The notes: a model not told the origin generated them from the letters alone. DNA of 64,000 bases from Hadesarchaea archaeon (GCA_029259175.1 JAPDJH010000005.1:1-64000), one strand, 5' to 3'. Shown: positions 1-9,285, numbered from the stretch's first letter. A program made the numbers and translations.

Positions 1-8
1 CTATTATT

Positions 9-872
9 ATGAAAACTCAAAAGAAGGTGAGTAGAAGTATGTCAGGACGTCTGCCATGGGTAGCGGCGGCAGTAGTGATAGTAATAGTAGCAGGATTTGC
101 AGCACTCTACCTCAGCAACCCGACGCCGACTTTCGGAACCATCGGCTTGACCGTGCCGAAGGTCTCCAGCGCGTCTGCAGTGTGGGCCACCCCAGGAACA
201 CCGCTCGGCACGTGGGTAGCGATAACCGGTCCTGCCGAAGGGGCAGACAACTGTGCGATCGAGAACATCTACATCGTGGATAACATCGCACCTAATCAGA
301 CAAACTTTGGAGTAAACATAGGAGAGAAGTACCGAACCAGTTCTGGCACTGACAACATTTGTCTGGATGGTGCATCTGACCCGATCATCGACAACAACAA
401 CGACACCGCAACGATTCCATACGAAGTGCCCTTCAAGATTGTGGTCGCCGCAGTGCTCTGGGCCGACGCAGACATGACTGGCAACAAAGGACCAGATGGA
501 GCGAGGCACGTTGCTTATGTGAATAAGGAGAACGCTTATGTCTACGCGAGCTTCACCGGTGATGGCTTTGACTACAGCTCCGAAAACACATTGCTTACCG
601 GACACGCGTATGCCTTTGAGAACGATAACCCGTGGACCGCAACTGGGAACTACGGTGGGCAGAACGACTCTGGACTAGCACCCTACGGATGGGCAGCCGC
701 TCCAGGTGGTCTCGACAACGTCAAAAACACCGACCTTCCGAACTATGTCGACTACGCGCGCGTTAACTACGTCCTCTGTGACTGCAACAACGCTGCCGGA
801 GGAGACGGAGAATACCAGTTGCCCGCCGGCGGATCGATGAACATCGACGTCACCCTGTACGTCTGGGTGTAA
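9..872 (+). CDS. Secreted or membrane-anchored surface protein, putative major filament/matrix subunit
   Basis: Basic N-terminus, hydrophobic helix (PWVAAAVVIVIVAGFAALYL), then a Asn/Asp/Gly/Thr-rich beta-type body. C-ending codons are frequent. Directly upstream of signal peptidase genes and followed by a poly-T tract. Confidence 0.6.
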   Translation: MKTQKKVSRSMSGRLPWVAAAVVIVIVAGFAALYLSNPTPTFGTIGLTVPKVSSASAVWATPGTPLGTWVAITGPAEGADNCAIENIYIVDNIAPNQTNFGVNIGEKYRTSSGTDNICLDGASDPIIDNNNDTATIPYEVPFKIVVAAVLWADADMTGNKGPDGARHVAYVNKENAYVYASFTGDGFDYSSENTLLTGHAYAFENDNPWTATGNYGGQNDSGLAPYGWAAAPGGLDNVKNTDLPNYVDYARVNYVLCDCNNAAGGDGEYQLPAGGSMNIDVTLYVWV

Positions 873-926
873 AAGGGAACCACCCACTTCAAACCCTAAA
901 GCTTTTATTTTTTTTTCTTTATTTTA
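873..926 (+). terminator. Poly-T archaeal terminator
   Basis: gcttttattttttttttctttatttt directly after the stop of 9..872. Confidence 0.55.
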
Positions 927-931
927 AAACA

Positions 932-1360
932 ATGCGAGCATATTTCATTTTGGTCGCTCTTTTAGCAATTACAATGGTGACGGGGGCTACTTGTCAATCC
1001 AACGCTCAACTTAAAGACGCTTCTCAAATATTCGGCGGATTTCAAGCATACGTGGACAACCGGATGGAGTTCGTGACGGTAGAGGGAACCAGCATGGCAC
1101 CAGCTTTCAAGCAAGGAGATACATTGATCGCCATTCCATTTTCCATGAATTCTCTCAAAGTCGGAGACATCGTCGTCTGGGAAACCCAAGGACAGCTCAT
1201 AGCTCACAGGATTTATGAAATCTCACAGGAGCATATCTGGACCAAAGGAGACAACATGCCAGCTCCAGATACTGTGCCTGTGTCCTCTCAAAACTATCGC
1301 TGGCTCGTGCTCGGTGTGCTCTTTACCTCTTCTGAAAGCTGGAAAGAGGAAAAAGCATGA
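932..1360 (+). CDS. Signal peptidase I, S26 family (SipW/Sec11-like Ser-His dyad)
   Basis: N-terminal hydrophobic segment; motifs VEGTSMAP (Ser), GDIVV, IAHRI (His), TKGDN..PD. Confidence 0.85.
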   Translation: MRAYFILVALLAITMVTGATCQSNAQLKDASQIFGGFQAYVDNRMEFVTVEGTSMAPAFKQGDTLIAIPFSMNSLKVGDIVVWETQGQLIAHRIYEISQEHIWTKGDNMPAPDTVPVSSQNYRWLVLGVLFTSSESWKEEKA

Positions 1361-2208
1361 AGAGTAAATACCGAAAAGACTTACCGAAAGTTCTGGTACT
1401 AATCATGCTAGGCATAATAACCTTTGCTTCTGTTTATACCATCCGAACACGTCTCCATCCCCCTTCCCCCATAGTCTTCAATTTGATAAGCCTCGATTTC
1501 AAAACTGATTCCTATGCTAGTCTCCAGCTAGAGTATCTCACAACGGGCAGTTGTACCGCCGCATTGCTAACCCCCAGCGGAGCCGAGGTGGTATCGATCC
1601 TCCTCCAGCCCGGACACTCTATTGTTGAACTCCCACTAACCGAAGGGCTTGAAACATTACGCGAGCCCTATTATGTATTGCGAGTAAAGGGTGGCGGGCA
1701 GATCCTCTACGAGTCTTTTCTCAACCGACCGATGATACTGTATGAATACCGTACCACCAAGTGGGGGTGGAACCCCATCGAAAACAAAAACACAATTCGT
1801 GCTTTCGAAGCACGTCTTTCTAATGTCGGAGATCTCCCGGTCTTTGTCCAGAAAATCCGAGTACGCGTTGGATCCGTCAATCTTGGAGAGTATCCAGTTG
1901 AGCGATGGATCATGCCTGGCAAGCAACATACTCTCTCATATTCTACTTGGTCTGAATCCCTAGAACATCCAAAAACATACTCGGTCACAATTGAGGCATT
2001 GGATATAGACAACGAAAAAATTGAACCGCCTTTGGGACGACGAACTCTTTCTCTCACCGCTCCTCCCGGCAAACCAGTGTATTATTGGGAACGTATTGAG
2101 CAATGGAATGGCATCGCTGAAAACCATTTTGGAGTAGAACACTGGAAGGGGATCATCCGCGCGCCAGTGAGGTGGGAGGTAGCAACACGATGGTGGATAA
2201 GAGGATAA
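1357..2208 (+). CDS. Membrane-anchored hypothetical protein with Ig/CARDB-like beta domains and a Trp-rich C-terminus
   Basis: N-terminal TM; LSNVGDLPV...IMPGKQHTL...YSVTIEA resembles a CARDB/Ig pattern; ATGA overlap with the peptidase gene. Confidence 0.6.
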   Translation: MKSKYRKDLPKVLVLIMLGIITFASVYTIRTRLHPPSPIVFNLISLDFKTDSYASLQLEYLTTGSCTAALLTPSGAEVVSILLQPGHSIVELPLTEGLETLREPYYVLRVKGGGQILYESFLNRPMILYEYRTTKWGWNPIENKNTIRAFEARLSNVGDLPVFVQKIRVRVGSVNLGEYPVERWIMPGKQHTLSYSTWSESLEHPKTYSVTIEALDIDNEKIEPPLGRRTLSLTAPPGKPVYYWERIEQWNGIAENHFGVEHWKGIIRAPVRWEVATRWWIRG

Positions 2209-2651
2209 AACGGCGGAGGCGTCAAAACCTCTGGCTCGTGCCCACTGCCACTGCTATCGTCTTCACCCTAATTCTTGTGGGTATTGTAGTACTTCTTTCT
2301 CCAACTAACAAACCCTATCTAATTAATCGCACACCCTATTTCTACGGGTACGCTGCTTATTTGGATTCAAGAATTGAATTTGCCGTTGCGAGCGACTGGA
2401 ATATGGGAAACACCATTGCCCCGGGGGACACGATCATGTGGGTCAGCGCGCCGCAAGAGAGCATCCACGTCGGAGACATCGTGTACTACAAAGCACCAGA
2501 TTCCGGCAAACTGGTGGCCCAGCGCGTCGTGGACAAAACCGACACCGGCCTCTTAGTTAACGGTGACAACAGCTCATCAGAACCAGTCGAAATCCCATTC
2601 CAAAACTTGCGGGGCCTAGTAATCGGCGTCCTCTACCACAGATCGAGCTGA
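2172..2651 (+). CDS. S26 signal peptidase paralog, predicted catalytically inactive
   Basis: Aligns with 932..1360 (AYLDSRIEF/AYVDNRMEF, GDT, VGDIV, GDN, LVIGVLY), but GTSM is replaced by DWNM and AHR by AQR. Confidence 0.75.
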   Translation: MGGSNTMVDKRIKRRRRQNLWLVPTATAIVFTLILVGIVVLLSPTNKPYLINRTPYFYGYAAYLDSRIEFAVASDWNMGNTIAPGDTIMWVSAPQESIHVGDIVYYKAPDSGKLVAQRVVDKTDTGLLVNGDNSSSEPVEIPFQNLRGLVIGVLYHRSS

Positions 2652-2776
2652 CTGCTCTGAAAAACACTTGGAAAAGGCACCGCCCGGTTTTTTATCTTTT
2701 CACAGTAGTGCTCGAATACTAGTCGGGGAGACGCGTGGCTACTCCCGCAGAAGCCGTTCTCAGCCGCTGGTAGTGG

Positions 2777-3345
2777 ATGCGCTGGTGGCTCAAGCAGAAC
2801 TACAAGAACCTTGGAGGCCACACTCGTTATCGGGCTTGTGGTCGTGTGGTGGTTGCTGCCCAAACTACCCCCTGAAACATGGCCACGAATAACAGGCCCT
2901 ATCATTCAAATCACAAGCCGGCGCGGGTACCTGGCAGTCCCTCTTGGGCAAGAAAGCGGGATAGAACGAATCTATATCGCGCCCACCGGTCATTACGACC
3001 CCTGTAAGGATCTCGCAAAACAAAATGTGCTCGCGACCATCAAGGGAAGCAACCAGACCGTTGCCATTCCGCCTAACACCATATTCGACATCGTGGTCGT
3101 GGTGAGGGCATTCGAGCCCGAAGCCATCGCCTGCGCGTCCAAAGAGAACCTTGCTGTCGGAATCAAAGCAACCGGGACGTTCAAAATACCGTTCAAGTAC
3201 TCCACCGACGACTAAGAGTATGTGTTTGAAAACGAAAACCACGGGTCGCCGCAGGGATACGTTACGGTCAACGTGGTGTGGGACAACTACGGTTGGGGAA
3301 TATTTGCTCCCGGGCAATTAGGTAATGACAATAAATAGATGCCGA
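2777..3345 (+). pseudogene. Disrupted paralog of the 9..872 surface protein
   Basis: IERIYI/IENIYI, FDIVV/FKIVV, SKEN/NKEN. After TAA 3213-3215 the frame continues EYVFENEN (cf. AYAFENDN) and TVNVVWD; after a frameshift near 3298 it reads EYLLPGN*VMTI (cf. EYQLPAGGSMNI). Probable ATG 2777 is out of frame. Confidence 0.7.
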
Positions 3346-3524
3346 AATCGAAAAATAGATGATACAAACATCAAAATGATCGCTGTGGTAAAAATGAATA
3401 TCAAAAATGATTGTCTCTATTTTTAACAATACATAACTCTCTCCAATAATCGTGATCACCATTTCATTAGTTCTCATTTTTCTCCTAACGACAAAAATCT
3501 TTTAGGAGTTGAACATAACACTCA

Positions 3525-3860
3525 TTGAGGCTGATGGGCCTGGGGGTTTTGAGATTTGCTAGTTTGATGATTGTAGCGCTTTTCTTTACGAGCATGTTCT
3601 TCACCCCCGTGCAGGCCCAAAACAGAGGTGAAGACACCCCATTAGCTGAAAACAGCGTTGAAAGGAGTAACTTTGCCTTGGGCTCCAATTACGAAGATCG
3701 GTGGTCAGACAGACACGGAACCAACAAAAGCTTCATCCCGCCGGGCCGCGAGCGCAGGAACTCCAACCCATCTGACCACGTGAAAACCCCGTCCAGTCAT
3801 ACTAAGAAAACCTCTAAACCCAGCGAACCCACTCCTTCTGGTAAAGGGAAAAAGCGCTAG
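3525..3860 (+). CDS. Small secreted, basic, low-complexity hypothetical protein
   Basis: Signal-peptide-like N-terminus ending VQA; Ser/Pro/Lys-rich tail. Start may be ATG 3534. Confidence 0.45.
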   Translation: MRLMGLGVLRFASLMIVALFFTSMFFTPVQAQNRGEDTPLAENSVERSNFALGSNYEDRWSDRHGTNKSFIPPGRERRNSNPSDHVKTPSSHTKKTSKPSEPTPSGKGKKR

Positions 3861-3874
3861 CAGAGGGGCATTGA

Positions 3875-4525
3875 ATGAAAAAGATCGACCGCATCTACCG
3901 TGAGATCCTCCACCGGCACTACACCACTGGTGCGCGCTTCTTCAACCAGAAGGAGATCGCCCGGGTGTGTGGCCTCTCCCTCGGAACCGTCAACCCTGTA
4001 GTCACCAAGCTCGAGCAGATCGGGGTGCTCGAGCGAAAGCCCTTGGGATTCCGCCTCATCGACGCTCGCCGGTTGCTCGTCTACTGGGCGGCCACGCGTG
4101 ACCTCTCCAAGGACATCGTGTACACCACCTTCTCCCCTTCGCGGATTTCGGAAATCGAGCAGGTGCTGTCGACCATGGGGTGTCTCACTGCCTATTCCGC
4201 CTACAAGTGGTTCATGAAGCGAATGCCCGTGGACTACACTCAGGTCTTCGTCTACGCCTCCCCTGAAACGGTCTCCCAGACGTTCAAGCCTTCTCCTAGG
4301 CGCAAGCGCAACATCATCGTGCTGGCCTCCGATGAGCACCTGCTCCGGCTCTCCGAGCACGGATACGTTCCACTCGTCCAGGCGTACGTGGATTTGTGGC
4401 AGCTGGGGGCCCCCGCAAGCCGGCTGGTCGAAGAGCTAGAGCGCGAAATCGCCGCCGCGCCCGCACGGGCCCTAGAACACGTCACCCGCGCCTTCGAAGA
4501 GGAGCCGCCCGAACCCGGCCCCTGA
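3875..4525 (+). CDS. Winged-HTH transcriptional regulator (AbiEi-like architecture possible)
   Basis: FNQKEIARVCGLSLGTVNPVVTKLEQIG HTH; LTAYSAY and VQAYVDLW C-terminal motifs. Confidence 0.7.
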   Translation: MKKIDRIYREILHRHYTTGARFFNQKEIARVCGLSLGTVNPVVTKLEQIGVLERKPLGFRLIDARRLLVYWAATRDLSKDIVYTTFSPSRISEIEQVLSTMGCLTAYSAYKWFMKRMPVDYTQVFVYASPETVSQTFKPSPRRKRNIIVLASDEHLLRLSEHGYVPLVQAYVDLWQLGAPASRLVEELEREIAAAPARALEHVTRAFEEEPPEPGP

Positions 4526-5114
4526 AGCCCTTCGCCATAATGTAAACTTCCGCGCTCGCCTTTCTCGAGGCCCGGGGCTTTGAGACCTTCACGAACTCGA
4601 ACCGCTTGCGGATCTCGGCAACGAGCCCTGGGAACTCCTCCCCCTGAAACACTTTTACGAGCAAGCGCCCCCCGCATCTAAGCACGCGCGAAGCGATGCG
4701 CAGCGCACCGCGCGCCAGCTCCACCGAACGCGCGTGATCCACCGTCCACACGCCGGAGATCTTGGGAGAGGCATCGGACAAAACCACATCGGCCCTGCGC
4801 GGCAGGTTCTCACGCACCAAGTCGGCCGTTTGCTCGTCCAGAATGTCCGCCTCCAAGGTGCGCACGTTTTTCCCCAAGGGGGCGATCGGAACCAGATCGA
4901 CTCCGAGCACAAAACCGCTCTCCCCCACGCGCTCGGCCGCCACTTGCAGCCATCCGCCGGGGGCTGCACCCAAGTCGACCACCACATCACCTTCCTCCAG
5001 CAGCCCGTACCGCTTGTCGAGCTGTATCAGCTTGAAGGCGGCGCGCGACCTGTAACCCATCCGCTTCGCCATCCGGTAGTAGTGCTCACGCTTCCTGTCC
5101 CGCGAGCCGCTCAT
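4482..5114 (-). CDS. rlmE: 23S rRNA 2'-O-methyltransferase RlmE/FtsJ
   Basis: GYRSRAAFKL, VVDLGAAPGGW, VLSDASP, KPRASRKASAEVY. Confidence 0.95.
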   Translation of the reverse strand: MSGSRDRKREHYYRMAKRMGYRSRAAFKLIQLDKRYGLLEEGDVVVDLGAAPGGWLQVAAERVGESGFVLGVDLVPIAPLGKNVRTLEADILDEQTADLVRENLPRRADVVLSDASPKISGVWTVDHARSVELARGALRIASRVLRCGGRLLVKVFQGEEFPGLVAEIRKRFEFVKVSKPRASRKASAEVYIMAKGFRGRVRAAPLRRRG

Positions 5115-5557
5115 GCGAGTCCCTTCACCGGCCTCAGCTTTTCCGCCCGCATTGCCTGGAGCACCTCGCGAACGAGCACATGGAGCTCCGGATGGTAGAA
5201 GAGATGGCTCTCACACCGGCAGTCGCTACACCCGAATCCCGGAACGGATTCGAACCGCTCCGCCAGCCTGCGGGCGATCGCACACTCCTTCGGCTTTTCG
5301 GTGGGCGCAACCACCAAGTCTACCACCCGGCTCCGGAGCAACAAATAGTCCACGTGCCAGTGCAGGGTTTTCTCCTTCCGCATGTGACGCGAAACGCGCT
5401 GGCGCACGCCCCCCAGAGCTGACCCCACATAGGCGTAGTGCCCGCCCTTGAACTGCACGGTGCCCAGAGCACCAATTGGTATGGAAAGGGAGAACGGCAC
5501 TCGGAGAAAAAGCACGTAAACGCCTTTCAGGGCCGAACCCGCTCGCTCTGCGCCCAT
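5111..5557 (-). CDS. GIY-YIG (Uri) nuclease family protein, DUF123-like
   Basis: KGVYVL...YAYVGSA...RVSRH..LHWHVDYLL..GFGCSDCRCESHLFY. Confidence 0.85.
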   Translation of the reverse strand: MGAERAGSALKGVYVLFLRVPFSLSIPIGALGTVQFKGGHYAYVGSALGGVRQRVSRHMRKEKTLHWHVDYLLLRSRVVDLVVAPTEKPKECAIARRLAERFESVPGFGCSDCRCESHLFYHPELHVLVREVLQAMRAEKLRPVKGLA

Positions 5558-6000
5558 GCTCCCTCCTCTGGCTTCTCTCCCACCCAAACCGCTACCCGCT
5601 TCACGTTGGAGTGCCGAACCAGCCTCCGCTCGAGTTCCTCCAGCAAATGCGACGCCATCCGCTCCACCGTGATGTTGTCCACGGGGACCACCGCCACATC
5701 ATCCGCCGGAAACACGAACTCCCGCTGGTGAACGCGGATCACGATTTGGGATCCTCGGGACTCGATCCGAACAGCTGGATTCTTTGCCGGAACGAGAACC
5801 CGGTGATCGTAACGCCCGCACAGCTCCCCCAGAATCGCTGAGAGCTCGTTGAAATCCACGACCAAGCCCCTCTGATCGGGCTCGCCCTCAACCACCGCCT
5901 TCACCTCCCAGTTGTGGCCGTGTAAGTGCTCGCACTTCGTGTGGCCCACCACGAAATGGGCCGCCGAAAATCCGGGGGCCTTGAACTCCAGTCGCGCCAT
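5527..6000 (-). CDS. queD: 6-carboxy-5,6,7,8-tetrahydropterin synthase (QueD/PTPS)
   Basis: FSAAHF, KCEHLHGHNW, GLVVDF, YDHRVL, TVERMA. Confidence 0.88.
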   Translation of the reverse strand: MARLEFKAPGFSAAHFVVGHTKCEHLHGHNWEVKAVVEGEPDQRGLVVDFNELSAILGELCGRYDHRVLVPAKNPAVRIESRGSQIVIRVHQREFVFPADDVAVVPVDNITVERMASHLLEELERRLVRHSNVKRVAVWVGEKPEEGAWAQSERVRP

Positions 6001-6127
6001 ACCATTAAACCAACATATGATGAGAGTAATAAACCCCAAACGCGCTTAAAAACCCATCGTAAAGTTTTTAAGACCTTGTAGAATGGGTTAAATCTTGGTA
6101 GCTACTCTGACTTTGAGGTGATGAATT

Positions 6128-7774
6128 ATGGCGAGTTACTTGGGAGGCCAGCCGGTTCTGATCCTGCCGGAAAAGGTGCAGCGCTATGTGGGGCGGGACG
6201 CCCAGCGCATGAACATCCTTGCGGCGCGGGTGATCGCCGAGGCCATCCGCACCACGCTGGGACCGCGCGGGATGGATAAGATGCTCGTGGACAACCTGGG
6301 CGACGTCACCATCACAAACGACGGAGTAACCATTCTGGACGAGATGGATGTGGAACACCCAGCGGCCAAGATGATGGTGGAGATCTCCAAGGCCCAAGAA
6401 GACGAAGTGGGGGACGGGACCACAACCGCCGTCATTTTGGCCGGCGAGCTGCTCAAAAAGGCCGAGGAGCTACTCGATCAGGACTTCCACCCCAGTGTGA
6501 TCACGAGCGGATACCGGAAAGCCGCCCAGCAGGCGTACAAGATCTTGGAAAAGATCGCAAAACCGGTGACTAAGGAGGACAACAAGCTCCTTAAACAAAT
6601 AGCACTCACGGCCCTGAGCAGCAAGGGGAGCGAGATCCGGGGTGAAAAGCTGGCCACCCTGTGTGTGGATGCCGTTCGCCAGATCGTGCAGGAGGTAAAC
6701 GGGAAGTACAAGGCCGACACCGACGACATCAAGGTGGAGAAGAAAACGGGCGGGAGCTCCGCCGACTCGTTGCTGGTCAAGGGAATCGTGCTCGATAAGG
6801 AGGTCGTTCACCCAGGAATGCCCAAGCGGGTGGAGAAAGCCCGGATCGCCCTGCTGAACTTGGCGCTGGAGGTCAAGGAGACCGAAACCGATGCCAAAAT
6901 CCGCATCACCTCCCCTGAGCAGCTCAAGAGCTTCATAGAGGAAGAGCGCAAGATGCTGAAGGACATGGTGGACAAAATCAAGGAGGTCGGGGCAAACGTG
7001 GTGTTCTGCCAGAAGGGGATCGACGACGTGGCGCAGCACTATCTGGCGAGGGCGGGAATTCTGGCCGCCCGCCGGGTCAAGGAATCCGATATGGAGAAGC
7101 TGGCGAAAGCAACGGGCGGCAAGGTGGTCACCAACATCCGCGATCTCACGGAGAAGGATCTCGGGACTGCCGATTCGGTCGAGGAGCGCAAGGTGGCCGG
7201 TGAGGAGATGATCTTTGTGGAGGGGTGCAAGGACCCGAAAGCCGTCACCATTCTGGTGCGCGGTGGAACGGAGCACGTGGTGGACGAGGTCGAGCGCGCC
7301 GTCCACGATGCCGTCTCGGTGATCGCGGCGGCAATAGAGGACGGCAAAGTGCTGGGTGGTGGCGGAGCTCCAGAAATCGAGGTGTCAAAGGGGCTCCGGA
7401 AATACGCCGAAACAATCGGTGGTCGGGAGGCCATCGCCATCAACCACTTCGCCGATGCGCTGGAGATCATCCCGCGCACCCTCGCCGAGAACGCCGGTAT
7501 GGATCCCATCGACATCTTGGTCCAGCTGAGGGCAACGCACGAGAAACCAAACAACGAGTTCCTCGGATTGGACGTGACCACCGGCAAGGTCGTTAACACG
7601 TTCGAGAAGGGAATCGTCGAGCCGCTCAGAGTAAAGATCCAAGCCATCAAGTCGGCCAGCGAAGTGGCCGAAATGATACTGCGGATAGACGATGTGATCG
7701 CCGCCATCAAGCTGGAGAAGGAAGAAGAGGAGAAAGGCAAGTCCCCGTCTTCACCGCCGGGAATGGAGTACTAG
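6128..7774 (+). CDS. ths: Thermosome subunit (group II chaperonin)
   Basis: [32 protein letters not shown]; GAGGTGA SD upstream. Confidence 0.98.
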   Translation: MASYLGGQPVLILPEKVQRYVGRDAQRMNILAARVIAEAIRTTLGPRGMDKMLVDNLGDVTITNDGVTILDEMDVEHPAAKMMVEISKAQEDEVGDGTTTAVILAGELLKKAEELLDQDFHPSVITSGYRKAAQQAYKILEKIAKPVTKEDNKLLKQIALTALSSKGSEIRGEKLATLCVDAVRQIVQEVNGKYKADTDDIKVEKKTGGSSADSLLVKGIVLDKEVVHPGMPKRVEKARIALLNLALEVKETETDAKIRITSPEQLKSFIEEERKMLKDMVDKIKEVGANVVFCQKGIDDVAQHYLARAGILAARRVKESDMEKLAKATGGKVVTNIRDLTEKDLGTADSVEERKVAGEEMIFVEGCKDPKAVTILVRGGTEHVVDEVERAVHDAVSVIAAAIEDGKVLGGGGAPEIEVSKGLRKYAETIGGREAIAINHFADALEIIPRTLAENAGMDPIDILVQLRATHEKPNNEFLGLDVTTGKVVNTFEKGIVEPLRVKIQAIKSASEVAEMILRIDDVIAAIKLEKEEEEKGKSPSSPPGMEY

Positions 7775-7790
7775 CGCTGGGGGTTCGCTC

Positions 7791-8009
7791 ATTTTTCCGA
7801 AAGAGTTCACCAAGTACGAGAAGGCGCGCATCATTGGGGCCAGAGCTCTGCAGATTTCGATGGGCGCCCCGGTGCTCATAGATCTCCCCGGAGGACTCAC
7901 GGACCCCATCGAGATCGCGATGTATGAGTTCGAACACAAGGCCATTCCGATCACTGTGATCCGAAAGCTGCCGGGAGAGCGCAGAGGAACTATTCCTGTC
8001 GGTGCCTGA
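7791..8009 (+). CDS. rpoK: RNA polymerase subunit Rpo6 (RpoK), probable non-canonical ATT start; absent from the ORF track
   Basis: Manual translation (I)[61 protein letters not shown] contains the Rpo6 signature [17 protein letters not shown]. Confidence 0.92.
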   Translation: MFPKEFTKYEKARIIGARALQISMGAPVLIDLPGGLTDPIEIAMYEFEHKAIPITVIRKLPGERRGTIPVGA

Positions 8010-8043
8010 GCAATAAAAAGGATTCGAGACTAAGAGTAATTCG

Positions 8044-9069
8044 ATGGGAGTCCAAATCGGCGACATCGTGCCGCACCAGTCGGTGACGCTGGAGCACCTG
8101 CGCGGCAAAGTCATCGCGATCGACGCCCTCAATTTTTTGTACCAGTTCTTGGCCATCATACGCCAGCGCGACGGGGAGCTCCTGAGGGACTCGAAGGGCA
8201 GGATCACCTCTCACCTCTCGGGTTTGTTCTACCGGACGGCCAACTTTGTGGAGGCGGGGATAAGGCCCATCTATGTGTTCGATGGGGAGCCGCCCGTGCT
8301 CAAGCTCAAAACTGTCGAGCACCGGAAAGAGCTACGGGAAGAGGCCGAGCGAGAGTGGAAGCGCGCGCTGGAAGAGGGGCGCATCGAGGACGCGCGCAAA
8401 TACGCCCAGCGCTCCGGAAGGATTAACCAGCTCATGATCGAGCAGGCGAAGCAGTTGCTGGACGCCATGGGCATCCCCTGGATACAGGCGCCGAGCGAGG
8501 GAGAGGCACAGGCGGCCCATCTGGTCAAGCGTGGGGATGCGTGGGCGGCCGCCAGTCAGGACTTCGACAGCTTGCTGTTTGGGGCCCCCACTCTGGTGCG
8601 GAACCTCGGGATCACCGGACGGAGAAAACTCCCGGGAAAAGACGTGTACCGAGAGATCACTCCCGAGATCATACGGCTGGACGAAACCCTGGAAAGCCTG
8701 CAGATCGGCCAAGAACAGCTGATCGCCATCGGAATCCTCGTTGGCACCGACTACAACCGGGGGATCAGGGGGATCGGGCCGAAAAAGGCGCTCGAGCTGG
8801 TGAGAAAGCACCCCTCGCCCGAGAAGCTACTGAAGGGGGAGCTGGCAGAGCGGTTCGAGGTCGACCCGCTCGAGGTCTACGAGATCTTCGCCAATCCCAA
8901 AGTCACGGACTCGTACCGCATCAAGTGGGGCGATCCGGATCCGGAGGCCATCAAGCGCTTGCTCTGCGACGAACACGACTTCTCGGAGGACCGGGTGCAG
9001 ACCGGAATCGACAAGCTACTGAAGGGAAAGGCCGAGCGGGGACAAACAACGCTTGACCGGTGGTTTTGA
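8044..9069 (+). CDS. fen: Flap endonuclease-1
   Basis: IAIDALNFLYQFL, TSHLSGLFYRT, APSEGEAQAA, SQDFDSLLFG, C-terminal PIP box QTTLDRWF. Confidence 0.97.
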   Translation: MGVQIGDIVPHQSVTLEHLRGKVIAIDALNFLYQFLAIIRQRDGELLRDSKGRITSHLSGLFYRTANFVEAGIRPIYVFDGEPPVLKLKTVEHRKELREEAEREWKRALEEGRIEDARKYAQRSGRINQLMIEQAKQLLDAMGIPWIQAPSEGEAQAAHLVKRGDAWAAASQDFDSLLFGAPTLVRNLGITGRRKLPGKDVYREITPEIIRLDETLESLQIGQEQLIAIGILVGTDYNRGIRGIGPKKALELVRKHPSPEKLLKGELAERFEVDPLEVYEIFANPKVTDSYRIKWGDPDPEAIKRLLCDEHDFSEDRVQTGIDKLLKGKAERGQTTLDRWF

Positions 9070-9111
9070 GCAACTTTAGGGGTAACTACTTATAGGTATA
9101 GGTAAAGTTAG

Positions 9112-9285
9112 AGAGAACTCGAACAAAGCGAAGGAAAATCTTTGCCTCCGAACGTGTTTTCGGGGTTGCTCACGAACCTCGTGAATGGAGATTTTCTCAA
9201 GAAGGACGGGAGTGGGAACTACTCAATTTCCGATCCGATGCTGGAGTTTGCCCTCAGGTCTAGGATCATCCGGGCCTCTGCTTAG
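9112..9285 (+). pseudogene. C-terminal winged-helix fragment resembling archaeal (Arch_ATPase-type) ATPases
   Basis: RELEQSEGKSLPPNVFSGLLTNLVNGDFLKKDGSGNYSISDPMLEFAL; preceded by an in-frame TAG, with no P-loop domain. Confidence 0.5.

Noticed and set aside
6014-6112. ATGATGA...CTGA as a box C/D sRNA
   Set aside because: About 95 nt apart, too long for a typical archaeal guide; no internal C'/D' boxes; lies in the divergent queD/thermosome promoter.
6470-7740. Long antisense ORFs opposite the thermosome (also opposite pcm, fbp, PPDK, aIF2gamma)
   Set aside because: Shadow frames of strongly conserved genes, with no recognisable motifs.
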